A stretch of DNA of 64,000 nt from an uncultured Verrucomicrobiae bacterium (GCA_963760675.1 CAVXEG010000015.1:110935-174934); one strand, 5' to 3'; shown: positions 9,602 to 21,816, counted from the stretch's first letter. The notes: a model not told the origin generated them from the sequence alone. A program made the numbers and translations.

Positions 9602-10738
9602 ATGTTTGAGCATGACACTCCCCCCTCTTTTACCAATCGCCGTAACTTCCTGAAGACCGGCCTCGCCACGGGTGCTGGTGCGCTGTTCGCGGCCCGCTTT
9701 GTTCGCGCGGCAGAGTCGGGCGCAGCGCCTGCCGCACCGCTCACGCAGCAACTGGCCGCTGCTCCGTCCAGCGCGCCCAGCAAGGTTGCCCTGACCAATG
9801 GCGATAATCGCACGGACAACATTTTCAGAGGGCTGAAATCGCTCGAAAAAGAAATTGCGCAGGCCATCGGCAGTCGCCGCGTGGTCATCAAGCCAAATAA
9901 CGTATCAACGGACAACCAGCTTGCCTCCACGCACTCCGATGCCCTGGTTGGCATTTTGGAATTTCTCAAATCGATCGGAAAGCTCGACAACGCCATTATC
10001 GCCGAGTCTTCCGCCGGCCGCACCATTCAGGGTTTCCAGAATTTCGGTTACACGAAACTGGAGGAGAAGTACAAGGTCAAACTCGTGGATCTCGATAAAG
10101 AGGAATTCCGAACAGTGATGGCGTTCAACGAATCCGACGCGAGGCCGCGCGCCGTGCGCGTGTCGAGCATCCTGGCAAATCAGGCGGACAACTTCATCAT
10201 TTCGGCGTGCATGCTCAAGACGCACAACTTTGCCGTCGCCACAATGTCCATCAAGAACATCGTTCTCGGCGCGCCGCTGAAGCTGCCGAATCCAAATGCG
10301 GCGGCCAACGGACGTGGCGGGCGCGGCTTTGGTGGAAGCGACAAGTCCATTCTCCACGGTGGCGGCTCTTACGGCATCAACATCAATCTTGCAATGCTCG
10401 CGCCGCTGCTTCACCCCTCGCTCGCCGTCATCGACGGCTTTGAAGGCATGGAAGGCAATGGACCTATCGGCGGCACGCGCGTGGACCATCGCGTCTGCGT
10501 CGTGAGCACCGATTATCTTGCTGCCGATACCGTCGGCTCCACACTCATGGGAATTGACCCCGCAGACATAGGTTATCTTTCTTACCTCGCCGCTGCGAAA
10601 GTTGGCGAATCCGACCTGGGCAAAATGGAAATCCTCGGTGAACCAGTCGCGAAACTCGCCAGGAAGTATCAGCTTGGGTCTTCAATACAGAATCAGCTGA
10701 GGTGGAAAACTCCCGCCCGCGTGACGGCCACGTCTTGA
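9602..10738 (+). CDS. DUF362 domain protein with Tat signal
   Basis: RRNFLKTGLATGAGALFAARFVRA Tat signal. RRVVIKPNNVS and GFEGMEGNGP are DUF362-like. Contains a NGRGGRGFGG loop. Confidence 0.7.
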   Translation: MFEHDTPPSFTNRRNFLKTGLATGAGALFAARFVRAAESGAAPAAPLTQQLAAAPSSAPSKVALTNGDNRTDNIFRGLKSLEKEIAQAIGSRRVVIKPNNVSTDNQLASTHSDALVGILEFLKSIGKLDNAIIAESSAGRTIQGFQNFGYTKLEEKYKVKLVDLDKEEFRTVMAFNESDARPRAVRVSSILANQADNFIISACMLKTHNFAVATMSIKNIVLGAPLKLPNPNAAANGRGGRGFGGSDKSILHGGGSYGININLAMLAPLLHPSLAVIDGFEGMEGNGPIGGTRVDHRVCVVSTDYLAADTVGSTLMGIDPADIGYLSYLAAAKVGESDLGKMEILGEPVAKLARKYQLGSSIQNQLRWKTPARVTATS

Positions 10739-10876
10739 CAGTGAGTTTCAAGACGAATTGACCGGCAGCTCTTCGCCCATTCTCAAACTCGCGCCCGCGA
10801 AGTGGTAACGACGCGAGCGAGTTCATGTCTGGCTATTTGCGAAACGCCGCGTTAGAATCTGCGGCACCAAAATCCT

Positions 10877-13581
10877 ATGAGCTTGAATCTCAATCGCCGG
10901 AAATTCATTCGCGCCACAGCCGGAGTGGCGGCGGGTGTGGCAGCCGGGTTGCCAGGAGGAATTGCAGTCGCAGCGGAAGACCCGCGTGGTGTCGCGATCA
11001 TTGTTGATCCGTCAGATGCCGTTGCGAAATCAGCACCAGCCAAATGGGCCGCGGGCGAATTGGTGAGCGCGCTGACGCAACGCGGCGTTTCTGCGCGAAT
11101 CTATCCAAAACTCCGCGGAGGCTCCCGCAGGCCACCTGCGAATTTTCGCGGCCGGACTGGCTTCAGGCGGCGCCGCCGCAGCGCTCAAAGCCGCAGGCGC
11201 GCGAGCGGACGAAGTGCCGGAGGCGCTTGCGCTATGCCAGAAGAAAGACGGAGTCTGGGCGTGCGGACATGATGCGCGAGGACTCACTTACGCGCTGCTG
11301 GAATTAGCGGATCGCGTGCTTTACGCGTCCGACGTGTTCGCCGCGCTTGCCGTGCCTCAGCCGATCACCGAGCGTCCGGCCAATACCGTTCGCAGCATCA
11401 CGCGTCTGTTCACCAGCGATGTCGAAGACAAGCCCTGGTTCAACGACCGCGAAATGTGGCCGGCGTATCTCTCGATGCTGGCCGCGCAGCGCTTCAATCG
11501 TTTCAATCTCGCGCTCGGCATCGGCTACGACTTTCTGAGAAACGTCACCGACGCTTATTTCATCTTCAGTTATCCGTTCCTGCTTTCCGTGCCCGGATAC
11601 AACGTGCGCGTGCCGCAATTGCCCGACGCCGAACGCGATCGGAATCTCGAGATGCTGCGCTTCATCGCGCGCGAAACCGCGGCGCGCGGCATGGAGTTCC
11701 AACTGGGCATCTGGATGCACGGTTATCAGTGGAACAACAGCCCGAGGGCGAACTACACCATCGAAGGTGTGACCGCGGAGAACCACGGACCGTACTGCCG
11801 CGACGCGGTGCGCGCGTTGCTTCAAGCCGTTCCGGAAATCAGCGGCGTCACGTTCCGCATTCACGGCGAAAGCGGCGTGCAAGAGGGAAGCTACGAATTC
11901 TGGAAGAAGGTGTTCGACGGCGTCGCGACGTGCGGCCGGAAAGTCGAAATCGACATGCACGCCAAGGGCATGGACCAAGGCATGATCGATACGGCGCTGG
12001 GCTCCGGCCAGCCGGTGAAGATTTCGCCGAAGTACTGGGCCGAACATCTCGGCATGCCTTACCACCAGGCGGACATTCGCGAGCAGGAGCGGCCGCGACC
12101 GGGAGCCGGAGGATCAGGTCTGATGGCACTCAGCGCCGGCTCGCGCAGTTTCCTGCGTTACGGTTACGGCGACCTGTTGCGCGAAGACCGCAAATGGGGC
12201 GTGCTGCATCGCATCTGGCCCGGCACGCAGCGGCTGTTGATCTGGGGCGACCCGCTCACGGCCGCCGCTTACTCCCGCGCGTTTTCATTCTGCGGCAGCG
12301 ACGGCGTCGAAATCATGGAGCCGCTTTCGTTCAAGGGCCGGCGCGGTTCCGGCATCGCGGGCGGACGCTGCGCTTATGCCGACAAGTCGCTTGAATCCGC
12401 GTTGGGATTGGCAGAAGTACGATTACAGTTTTCGCGTGTGGGGACGGCTGCTTTACAATCCGGAGACCGAGTCCGGACGTGTGGCAGCGCGCGATGCGTC
12501 AGCGAATTCGGTCCGGCCGGCGCGGATCTTGAAACCGCGCTGGCCAACTCGAGCCGCATCCTGCCGACGATCACCACCGCGCACGCGCCGTCGGCCGGCA
12601 ACAACACCTATTGGCCGGAGCTTTACCTGAACCACTCGCTGGTCGATGCCGTCGCGCTCGGGCCCGTATTCCGACAGCCCGTCGCCGCGCGTTTTCGGAA
12701 CTGTCAGCCCGCTCGATCCGCAGTTGTTTTACCGGATGGTCGACTTCGCCGATGACCTGCTCAAAGGCGAGCGCAGCGGGAAGTACACGCCGATCGAAGT
12801 GGCGCAATGGATCGAGGATTACGCCGCCGCCGCCACGGCATCGCTTGCGCGCGGCGAGAACCGAGCGACGGGGAAGGACCGGCCCGAGTACCGCCGACTG
12901 ACAATCGACATCGCCGTGGCCGCGGATCTGGGCCGCTTCTTCGCCGCCAAGTTCCGCGCGGGAGTTCTGTACCACCTCTTCGACCGGACCGGCGATCGCG
13001 CCGCGCTCGAAGCAGCGCTGAAGTGCTACCGCGCGGCGCGCGACGTGTGGGCCGGCATCGCCGCCCGCACCAAAGGCGTTTACATGGCCGACATCACGGT
13101 CGGCGAATCGCGCGTGTTGCGCGGCCACTGGGCCGATCGGTTGGCGGATATCGATGCCGACATCGCCGCGATCGCCGCGAAACTGGACTCAGCCAAGCCC
13201 GCGCAGGCGGACGGGCCGATCGCCCGCGCCATCGCGCAAGCGCTCGGACGACCGCAAAAGCGCGCTGTCACCGGACGCCACACGCCGCCGGCAGGATTCC
13301 AGCCCGGACAATCGCTCGCGATGGAATTCGCCGCCGAAAAGGATTACACATCCGCGCAGTTGCACTACCGTCGCGTGAACCAGGCCGAGCGCTGGCAGAG
13401 CGAACCGATGAAGTCCGACGGGCGCGTCTGGCGCGCCGCGATTCCCGCGGAATACACGCAGAGCCCGTACGCGCTTCAGTATTACTTCGAGCTGAAGTCA
13501 GCGCCGGATTCAGCGGTGTTGTATCCGGGTTTCGGCGAGCAGCTCACGGGTCAGCCGTATTTTGTGGTTCGAAGGGCGTAA
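10877..13581 (+). pseudogene. large Tat-exported TIM-barrel glycosidase-like protein, reading frame broken at least 4 times
   Basis: Tat signal RRKFIRATAGVAAGVAAGLPG. Protein-like sequence hops between frames at ~11107 (A4 run), ~12375, ~12470 and ~12640 (ORFs 10877..11272, 11214..12755, 12376..12630, 12646..13581). The family is not resolved. Confidence 0.6.
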
Positions 13582-13608
13582 TTCCCAGTTACGCGTCCGC
13601 AGCGACAA

Positions 13609-14763
13609 TCAGCGGAACAGGAGCGGCGCAAAATCGTTCAGATCGCGGCGCCACGTGAGCCATTCGTGGGCGGTGCCCGGCGATGAAAAGTAGACGTAAC
13701 GGATGCCGGCCTTGTCCAGCATCCCGCGAAATGCGCCAATTGCTCCGGGAAACGGATTCGGCTCTTCTGTGCCCATGCCGATCCACAGGAGTTTGACTTT
13801 CTTATTGAATTCTTCCCCGTTCTTGAACGCGCCATTGAACGCTGTCGCCGGATCGAGCGCGTTTGTGCTCAACCCATTCATCGTGCCACTGAACGCGCCG
13901 ATGTACGCGAACTTGTCGAGGTTGTGGATCGTCACCTGGCATGTTTGGTTGCCGCCCATCGAGAGGCCGGCCATCGCCCGGTGTTCGCGATCGGCGATTG
14001 TCCGGAAACTCGAGTCAATCATCGGGATGATCTCGTTGACCATCACTTCCTCGAACGCGGAATTGCCCGCGCCTCGTCCAGGAACTCCGGTGTTTTGTGG
14101 CGTCTGCCCCGCGCGCGTCGCATAGCCGTTGTCCATGACGATGATCATCGGGACGGCTTTCTTGTCTGCGATGAGGTTGTCGAGAATCAGATTCGCGCGG
14201 CCCTGAAACGTCCAACCGGTTTCGTCTTCACCCGAGCCGTGCTGCAAATAGAGAACTGGATAGCGCGTGCCGACGCTCGTGTCGTAACCCGGCGGCGTGT
14301 AAACAAAGCAGCGCCGCCACTGGCCGGTGATTTTCGAGAGGTATGGATGGATGCGCACTTCGCCGTGCGGAACGTCTTTGTAGGAATAATAGTCCACTCC
14401 CTTCTCTGGCACCTCGATGCCGCTGGAATCTTTGCTCGTGCCGTAGAACGTATGGCTGCCGGGATCGTTCACTTCGACTCCGTCCACCGCCAGCGAATAA
14501 TAGTGAAAGCCGGGCACGAGCGGCGGAGTGGTGACGCTCCACACGCCGTCCGCACTTTTGGTCATGTCATACCGGCCATGATAGACCCGCACTTGAACGG
14601 ACTGCGCGTTGGGCGCTCGCAATTGAAACGTGGCGCGGTTCTCGGAATCAATGCGAGGATAGGCGGCTCCCGGCACGTTGGAGGAGGCGGACCTGGCGTC
14701 GTCGGCTGCCTGCATTGAGCACATGGCGCAGATCAAAGAGCAGAGAACGGTGATCCATTTCAT
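13609..14763 (-). CDS. secreted esterase (CE1 / enterochelin-esterase-like alpha/beta hydrolase with N-terminal Ig-like module)
   Basis: Signal peptide MKWITVLCSLICAMCSMQA. YLQHGSGEDETGW, nucleophile motif GLSMGG, and C-terminal GTAHEW. Confidence 0.8.
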   Translation of the reverse strand: MKWITVLCSLICAMCSMQAADDARSASSNVPGAAYPRIDSENRATFQLRAPNAQSVQVRVYHGRYDMTKSADGVWSVTTPPLVPGFHYYSLAVDGVEVNDPGSHTFYGTSKDSSGIEVPEKGVDYYSYKDVPHGEVRIHPYLSKITGQWRRCFVYTPPGYDTSVGTRYPVLYLQHGSGEDETGWTFQGRANLILDNLIADKKAVPMIIVMDNGYATRAGQTPQNTGVPGRGAGNSAFEEVMVNEIIPMIDSSFRTIADREHRAMAGLSMGGNQTCQVTIHNLDKFAYIGAFSGTMNGLSTNALDPATAFNGAFKNGEEFNKKVKLLWIGMGTEEPNPFPGAIGAFRGMLDKAGIRYVYFSSPGTAHEWLTWRRDLNDFAPLLFR

Positions 14764-14814
14764 AATGATCTAATCTGCCGGCACATTTCCCGACACCGGC
14801 ATAGTCCAGCGGGA

Positions 14815-16206
14815 TTATTCAAAGCCAAGCCAGTCCAGTTCGACGTTGCCGTCGCTCCTCTGAGCAACAAAGAGATCATGCACGCCAGTCGGAGCGGTGG
14901 CGACCTTCGCATTCGCGACTTTCCAGTCAGAGCTTTTTCCAATCTCAACGGTTGCCGCCAATGGACCGTCCGGCTTGTCGAGATGGATTTCCACTGCTCC
15001 CCCGGTTGAAGACGCGGACCTGGCGTTCACAGATTTCAACGCGCTGTTTCCGAAATCAACCTTGTCAAAGCGAACCCAGGCGCTCTTCCCATTGAGAGCA
15101 ATTTTCCAGCCTTCAAACGTGTTTGAAGAATTGAGGAATGAAACGGACACATCGTTGGTCCCGCTGATTGCGCTGTAGCGGTCAATTTGAATTTTGCTCT
15201 TCGCATTCACAATCCCAACGCCGCGCAGAGTTGGAATGACTTTCTTGATCGTTCCGTCGTCATTGAAATACAAATAATCCGCGCGGATGGATCGGTTCTT
15301 GTCGAAGTTCGGGGACAAATCTTTGTCGTGATAGAACAGGTACCACTGCCCTTGTACTCCACCAGCGAATGATGCTCGGTCCAGCAATGGCTTTCGTTCT
15401 GGTCGGTGATGACTCCCGTCCAGGTGTACGGCCCCATCGCGTTGGTGGAAATTGAATACTCAAGCCGTTCAGACTCGAATCCCGCGTTGGTCACTGCGTG
15501 CGGATAGGTGAGGTAATAGATGCCGTTTCGTTTGAAGGCGAATGGACCTTCGATGAGTCCGGGTCGGGGAAGATTGGCAATGCGTTGCATGCGGTTTTCC
15601 CCTCCAAAACCGCGGCGCTGTGGAGCATTGGTGACGCCGGGCATCACTTCCAGTTCCACCATGTTGTCCTTCAGCTTGCCAACCATCAGGCCGCCGCCCC
15701 CGGTAAACAAGTAGGAGTTGCCATCATCGTCAATGAGCACGCACGGGATCAATCCCTCCGGCGCCCGTCACCGGCCGATCGAGGATCTTCCAGGGACCGG
15801 ATGGCTTCTCTGAAGTGGCAACCCCAATCCTGCCGCCAACGGGAAAATAGAAATAATAAGTGCCGTTTTTGAAAACGCAGTCCGGCGCCCACATGTCGTA
15901 GCCCTTGCGGTTGAGCCAGGGAACGTTCGTCTGATTGCAAATGACTCCGTGATCCGTCCAGTCCGTCAGGTTCTCGGAAGAGAACACATGATAGTCTTCC
16001 ATGCAGAACCAGTTGGCCCGCGCACCGCTGCCCGGAGGGACCGGAATATCGTGAGAAGGATAAACGTAAATCTTGCCTTCAAACACTCTGGCGGTCGGAT
16101 CGGCGGTAAATTGATCCATGATCAGCGGATTTGTGGCAAAGCTGTCGTTGGCGGAGAACACGCCCGCAAGGCTCAACGCCAGCAAATGAAACATGTGGCT
16201 CTTCAT
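14815..16206 (-). pseudogene. GH43 beta-xylosidase/alpha-L-arabinofuranosidase with C-terminal CBM6-like module, 2 frameshifts as assembled
   Basis: NPLIMDQFTADPTARVFEGKIYVYPSHD, MWAPDCVFKNGTYYFYFP, IDPCVLIDDDG, IEGPFAFKRNGIYYLTY and QWYLFYH are GH43 blades. The tail IQIDRYSAISG...VELDWLGFE is CBM6-like. Frame breaks at the G3 run 15745-15747 and at ~15370. Confidence 0.75.
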
Positions 16207-16221
16207 TTTTTTTCCTGTTGG

Positions 16222-16956
16222 TTACTTGGCGGCATCCAAATTCACAGTAAATCCCTTCAGCGGTTTGTCCGTCCTTGTCCAGAAATCGCGCGCAGAAGTC
16301 GCTGGCGCCGCTGCCATTGATAATCGCGCCGCGAATGATGTTCGGACCTTTCTTGAGGGTCAACGGCCGGGAAATCGCCGTCGTCAATCACTGTCAAGAT
16401 GTCCCCATAAATGCCCGCGACTTCCTTTCCGTTCACCCACCAGATGGAGGACGCGTTGGAGCCAATCGCCAGACGCACGCCGGGCATGTCCTGCGGGCAA
16501 TTGACTACGGTTACAGCCCAGAACAGTGCGCCGTCGGAAGTCTTGCCGTTGATGTAGGCAAAGTGGTTGAGGTTGACGTTGTAGTTGAGGGTGTCCACGG
16601 CGTGCCATGTCAGTTGGTTGCCCTCAACGGTTACTTTGTCACCATCCTTCGGAACGACCGTGAACTGGTCGGAAAAATAATTCGGTGTGCGCCGCCGCTT
16701 TGCTGGCATTCTCCCGTTGCTGGTCGCCAATGGCGATGGGCTCAAGAATCACCCACCGCGGGATGAACCCTTGAGCGTCGGGACTCGCTTCGGGGGAGGT
16801 CACGGGCTTGAGCGTGTTTTGGAAGGTGGGTGAGGGGCCGCTACCACGGGCACCCCGGCCGCCGCGGCCACCACGACCTTGCGCGGCAGCGTCAAACCCC
16901 GAAACTCCGGTCAACAGGGCCAGAGTGAAAGCTAAGAGGATGCGAGACTTGATCAT
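16222..16956 (-). pseudogene. hypothetical secreted protein with N-terminal GRGG repeats, at least 3 frameshifts as assembled
   Basis: Signal peptide MIKSRILLAFTLALLTGVSG followed by QGRGGRGGRGARG. The coding signal continues through ORFs 16639..17148, 16257..16745 and 16079..16387, and a final shift gives ...KPLKGFTVNLDAAK-stop at 16222. Confidence 0.45.
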
Positions 16957-17012
16957 AAAAGGAGTGGGCTGAGTTTGCGTTGTTCGCCGAAATCGCGTTT
17001 TCGCATGGGGGT

Positions 17013-18581
17013 TCACGGCATTTTGAACTGCCACCGGTTTTTGGGGCTGTTTGGATCGAACTTCGTGAGCGTCGCGGAACGGCCGCCGATCGCGCAAAGA
17101 GCCAGCGGTTCCATCCCGTCCGGCGCGGACTTCGGCATGATGCGCCACGTGCCGTCGGTAAGCTGATCCAAACGCCAGAGTTGTTCGGCTGCGCCAGTGA
17201 AGCTCGGCGCAGAAATCAATTCACCGTCCGCAGTAGCGGCGAGCGCGCGATCCGTTCCGGCGATGGTGATCTTGAAATAGGGCGAGCCGAGATAGCCGCC
17301 TGCGTTGGTGACTGCGGTAACGGTCCATTTCTGTTGGGCCTGCACCATGTAATTGCCCAAGCGAACGTCAATATTGCCTGAGGGCCAATTCGTCGAGACC
17401 TGCGCGACATCCTGCGCTGGAATCGGACCGCGGCCGCTGCCACCGAACAAGCCGCCTCCGCCGCCGAATCCTCTGCGCGCTCCTCGAGCGCCAGGCGCAT
17501 TGGTGTCGCTGTTCGCGCCGAGTAATGCCTGGCCTGCTGGGGCGTTGGTGTCAGCCGCCCCTCCCGGTCCGCCGCGTCCGCCGCGTCCGCCGAAACCTGC
17601 AGCGCCTCGGCCGCCGCCTCGTCGCCCGCCACCGACCGGCACGCCTTCCACGGCCAGTTCGAGCGCCGTGCCTGTGCGGACGGATTCGATTTGGTAGGTG
17701 CCCTCCTTCATGTTCTCGCCGGCCTCGGGCCAACCGTCTTTCCACAACAGTGGGCGGACATCGAGCACACTGGCTCCGCCCCGATCCAGATCGGCTTCCC
17801 AGTGCATGGAGAATTTCTGCACGCCATCGCCCAAGATCAATCAGACCGAAGTGTCCGGCGCCAACGACACGGCCGCTGGAGGTAATGAGCAGCTTGCCGC
17901 CGCCCTGAATCATGTTGATTCCCTCGTGATCGAGGAATGGACCGGTGGGCGCTTGGGAACGGCCGACGCGGATGTTGTAACCCGAGTCGGCGCCGCGACA
18001 ACAGCTCCCCTTAGTGCCCAGGAGATAGTACCAGCCGTCGTGATGAATCATCGTTGTTGCTTCGAGGTTGATGCCGATGTTCGTCGGGCGTTTGATCCGG
18101 GTGGAGCCGCTTCCCGCTCGTCGGATCGAGTTCGACCACTCGCGTGAAACCGTAGTAGGAGCCGTAGGTGAGCCAGAGCCGGCCAGTCGTGGGATCAAGG
18201 AAGGCGCCCGGATCAATGGGATTGATGAAATCGTCCGGGCCTTCATAACCGGCGATGCTGCCGCCGTCTTCCCATTTGTAGTCGGGGGAATTCGGGTCGA
18301 GGGTCTTGCTCCAAATCATCGTGACACCGGAAATGTACATGGTAGTAGCGGTCGCCGACGTGGATGACATCGGGCGCGGCGCCGCTCCGGGAGGCACGGG
18401 TCCCGGCTCGCCAGGTCCAGCCGTCATCCGACACGAGCGGCGTCCCGCCGGTTCCCCAAGTATAATATTTGCCGTCGCACAGCATGACCGTGGATGGATC
18501 ATGAATTCCGATCTGGCCATCCAAAGCCAAAACAGGCGAAGTCAGCGGCAGAATTGCTGCCAGGGTCAGTAGTAGTTTCAT
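17013..18581 (-). pseudogene. GH43 (arabinanase-like) with Gly/Arg-rich linker and C-terminal ricin-B (CBM13) lectin domain, 3 frameshifts as assembled
   Basis: MKLLLTLAAILPLTSPVLA signal. IHDPSTVMLCDGKYYTWGTG, LWLTYGSYYG and HHDGWYYLLG are GH43 blades. Three QxW repeats (QQKWTV, EQLWRL, KNRWQF). The pieces lie in ORFs 18243..18620, 18011..18520, 17551..18246 and 17013..17840. Confidence 0.7.
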
Positions 18582-18797
18582 AGGATTGTTCTGCTGGATT
18601 CCAAAAGGTTTAAATTTCAATCACTCTCCAGCCCGCTTCAGGATGGACTGGGAAGTATAACTGGTTCCGTCTGAAACGCTGAGCTAGTTAGGCGGCATGC
18701 CCGGAGAATTGCAACAAAAATCCAGTTGCCGCATGCGATGTGCGATGCAAGCGTGAACGAGCTTGCCCACGCTGAACAGCCCAGCTATATCACGAGG

Positions 18798-21700
18798 ATG
18801 AAATTGTCCCAGGGCATCCCGTCTTTCCTCGAACTCTTCACGACACCAAAATGCGAAAACTTTCGTTTAAGACTGAAACCAGCTTCCTTTGAAATCGCCC
18901 GCGCCTGCATCCTGATTATCGTGCTGCTAACGCACCTCACTGGCGGAACACTTCGCGCCCAGTCGCTGCTCACGCAAAAGCCCGATGATCCGGGCGCGGT
19001 AGTCGTTACGCCAGACCAGTTCCCCGTGAAAGCGGACGGCGTCGCCGATGACACGGACGCCCTCCAGCAGGCCATGAACCGGGGTCGCGGCGGCATCGTG
19101 TTGATCCCCGAAGGGCGTTATCGTCTGACCAAAACCCTGTACGTCTGGACGGGCACGCGCGTGTTTGGTTATGGCAAGAATCGCCCGATCTTTGTCCTGG
19201 CACCGAACACGGCAGGTTTCCAGGAATCCGGACGTGGATGGCCGTTTGGCGACGGCAAGTACATGGTCCACTTCGCCGCGAGCCGTGAAGCCGATGGGAC
19301 GGTTGTTGACGCCAGCGAACTGGATTTCAACAGTGCGATGTGCAACGTGGATTTTGAGGTCGGAGAGGGCAACCCCAGCGCCGTTTGCGTGCGCTTCAAA
19401 GTGGCCCAGCACAGCTACCTGAGTTTCATGAATTTCAAAGTGGGATCGGGACTCGCCGCGCTGGAGGACATCGGCAACCAGGCCAACAACCTGCACGTCA
19501 CCGGTGGCAAGTACGGCATCATCACCACGCGGACCAGCCCGAACTGGCAATTCATCCTGATGGATTCCATTTTTGAAAATCAGATCGTCGCTGGCATCAA
19601 GACCAAGGACGTTGGTTTTTCGTTGATCCGTTGCAACTTCAGCCACATGCCCGTGGCCATCGAGATTCCCGAAGACGAAACCGATCAGATTTATGGCCGC
19701 GACCTGCGTTTTGAGAACATCACGAAAGCCGGCGTCAAGTTCGGCGACGCGAAGCACTTCAAGCATCAAGTCACGCTCGTGAACACCGCGTGCGCGGATG
19801 TGCCGCAGTTTCTCGGCAACGCGCTTGAGAACATCGAAGCCCCCGGCAAGTACTACGTTGTTGATCGTCTTTCCGCGGGACTGGAAATCGGGCCGGACGG
19901 TCGCGAGGTCGGCATTGTTACGCGCCACACGAAGCGGACGCTACAGTCGCGTGCCCCGATCGTTCCTTCCGACATCGCTCCGCTGCCCCCGATGGAGCAG
20001 TGGTTCACGGTCACCAACGCAAGCGATTTGCAGGCCACGATGAACGAACATCGCGTGCTCTACTTCCCCATGGGAAGCTACCGGGCGAACGCACCACTGA
20101 TGCTCAAGGCTGACACGGTATTGATTGGCCTGCACTGCACCAGGACCACGGTTAGCGCAATCGTCACACCCAAGGGTGGGTCAAACATCGTCAGCGGCTT
20201 GGGCTTCAGTCCCGTTGGGCAGTCGCCCAACATACTCTGGATGTCCGGCGAAAAGTCAGCGATGGATGACATCGCCTTCAACGGAGGCGGTTTTGGCGGC
20301 GGCTTTGGGAGAGGTCGAGGAGGACGGGGTGGCCCGAATGCGGCGGGTGCGACAAACGCAGCGGCGGCCACGAACTTGCCAGCCGCCAGAGGCGCTGATG
20401 GCGGAGGTTTCGGACGAGGTCGGGGCGGCGCAGGCGGTGATTCAGCGCCATACCTGGTGGTCACCAACGGTGGCGGCGGCGTCATCCGTAACGTCTGGGT
20501 GGAAGGCGGCGGCCGGTCCACCGGCATGCACGTTGAGAACACGTCCACGCCCGGCAAGATTTATCAACTCTCCAACGAGCATCATGGCCGTGTCGAAGTG
20601 GTGTTCCGTAATGCGCAGAACTGGGACGTTCACTGCCTCCAAACCGAGGAAGAGGGGGCAAACCAAAATACCTATGCGTTGGACATCCAAGACTGCAAGA
20701 ATCTCCTTTTCGCGAACACTTACATGTATCGCGTGTCGCGCATCACTCTCCCGAAGACCTACGCGATCCAAGTCCGCAACTCCGACAACATCGTCTTCGA
20801 CAACATGCACATCTTCAGCCAGACCCGGCTCCCGTTTGACAACGCGCTCCTGGAAGAAGGCAGCGGCGTCTTCGTCCGCGCCAACAACTTCACGCACCTG
20901 ACCGCGAGCAAGGCGATGAAGAAGGGATCCCCTCTGCCGCTGCCCGCGGCTTTCGCCAGGGACGCCAAACTGGAGACACTGGCCACCAACTTCAGCAACG
21001 CGACGAGCCTCACGACCGATGATGCCGGTCGCATCTACTTCACCGACGCCGCCAGCCGCAAGATCTACCGCTGGAACGATGCCGACAAGAAGGCCGACGT
21101 GTTGGCCGAAACATCCGGCCAACTCCAGCCCCAGGTCATGGGCTTCGTCAAGCCGTCCACGCTGCTCGTCGCGGCCTTTGCGCCGGGGGCTCGGCAGGTT
21201 GGCGGCATCTACAGCGTCAACATCATCAGCGGCAAATTGGAGTCAGTAACCGAAAGTCGCCGAGCCGAAAGCCGGCACGGCACTCCTGCTTCCCGTGGGC
21301 CTGCACAACCGGATGGACATCATGCAGGAATACATGCGGCACCGCGGCTATCGCTATCGCCAGGGCAGCAACACGTCGATCATCAGCGAGATTGAGAACG
21401 AGCATCGCGGCTACTTCTACGCGCCGGATTCCAACGTGGCTCTTATGGCCGGTGGCACCGGACGGCCGATCATGCAGAGTTCCCAGATGGCCGTCATTGA
21501 ACCCGGCCAGAACTTCTTCATGACTTCCGAAGACGACTGCCGCACCTGGGTTGCGACCCTCGACAAGGATTTCCAACTCACGGCGAAGCTTTTCGCCGAC
21601 CGCGGGGGCAACGCCGTCGTGGCCGATGCCGAAGGCAACGTTTACATCGCCGGCGGCAACGTGGCTATCTACGACAAAAACGGGAAACAGATCGGCACGT

Positions 21701-21816
21701 TGGAAACACCGGAGCGAGCCTCCGGCCTGGCGTTCGGCGGTACCGATCGTAAGACGCTGTTCATCGGCGCCCGCTCGTCGCTTTGTTCAATCCGAACTCG
21801 GGCACCGGGAAATTGA
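18798..21816 (+). pseudogene. right-handed beta-helix (pectate-lyase-3 / GH28-55-like) protein fused to an SMP-30/gluconolactonase-like beta-propeller, 1 frameshift near 21270
   Basis: VKADGVADDTDALQQAMNRGRGGIVLIPEGRYRLTKTLYVW is typical of the pectate_lyase_3 N-terminus. The C-terminal NVYIAGGNVAIYDKNGKQIGTLETPERASGLAFGGTDRKTLFI is SGL-like. ORF 18726..21395 ends in Arg/His-rich junk while ORF 21295..21816 continues the protein. Central GRGRGGRGG...GRGRGGAGG insert. Confidence 0.65.

Noticed and set aside
17400-20460. GC-rich repetitive DNA encoding the GRGG segments, considered as a CRISPR-like or tandem DNA repeat.
   Set aside because: There is no regular repeat-spacer periodicity and no exact DNA repeats. 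The repetition is at the codon/amino-acid level inside ORFs.
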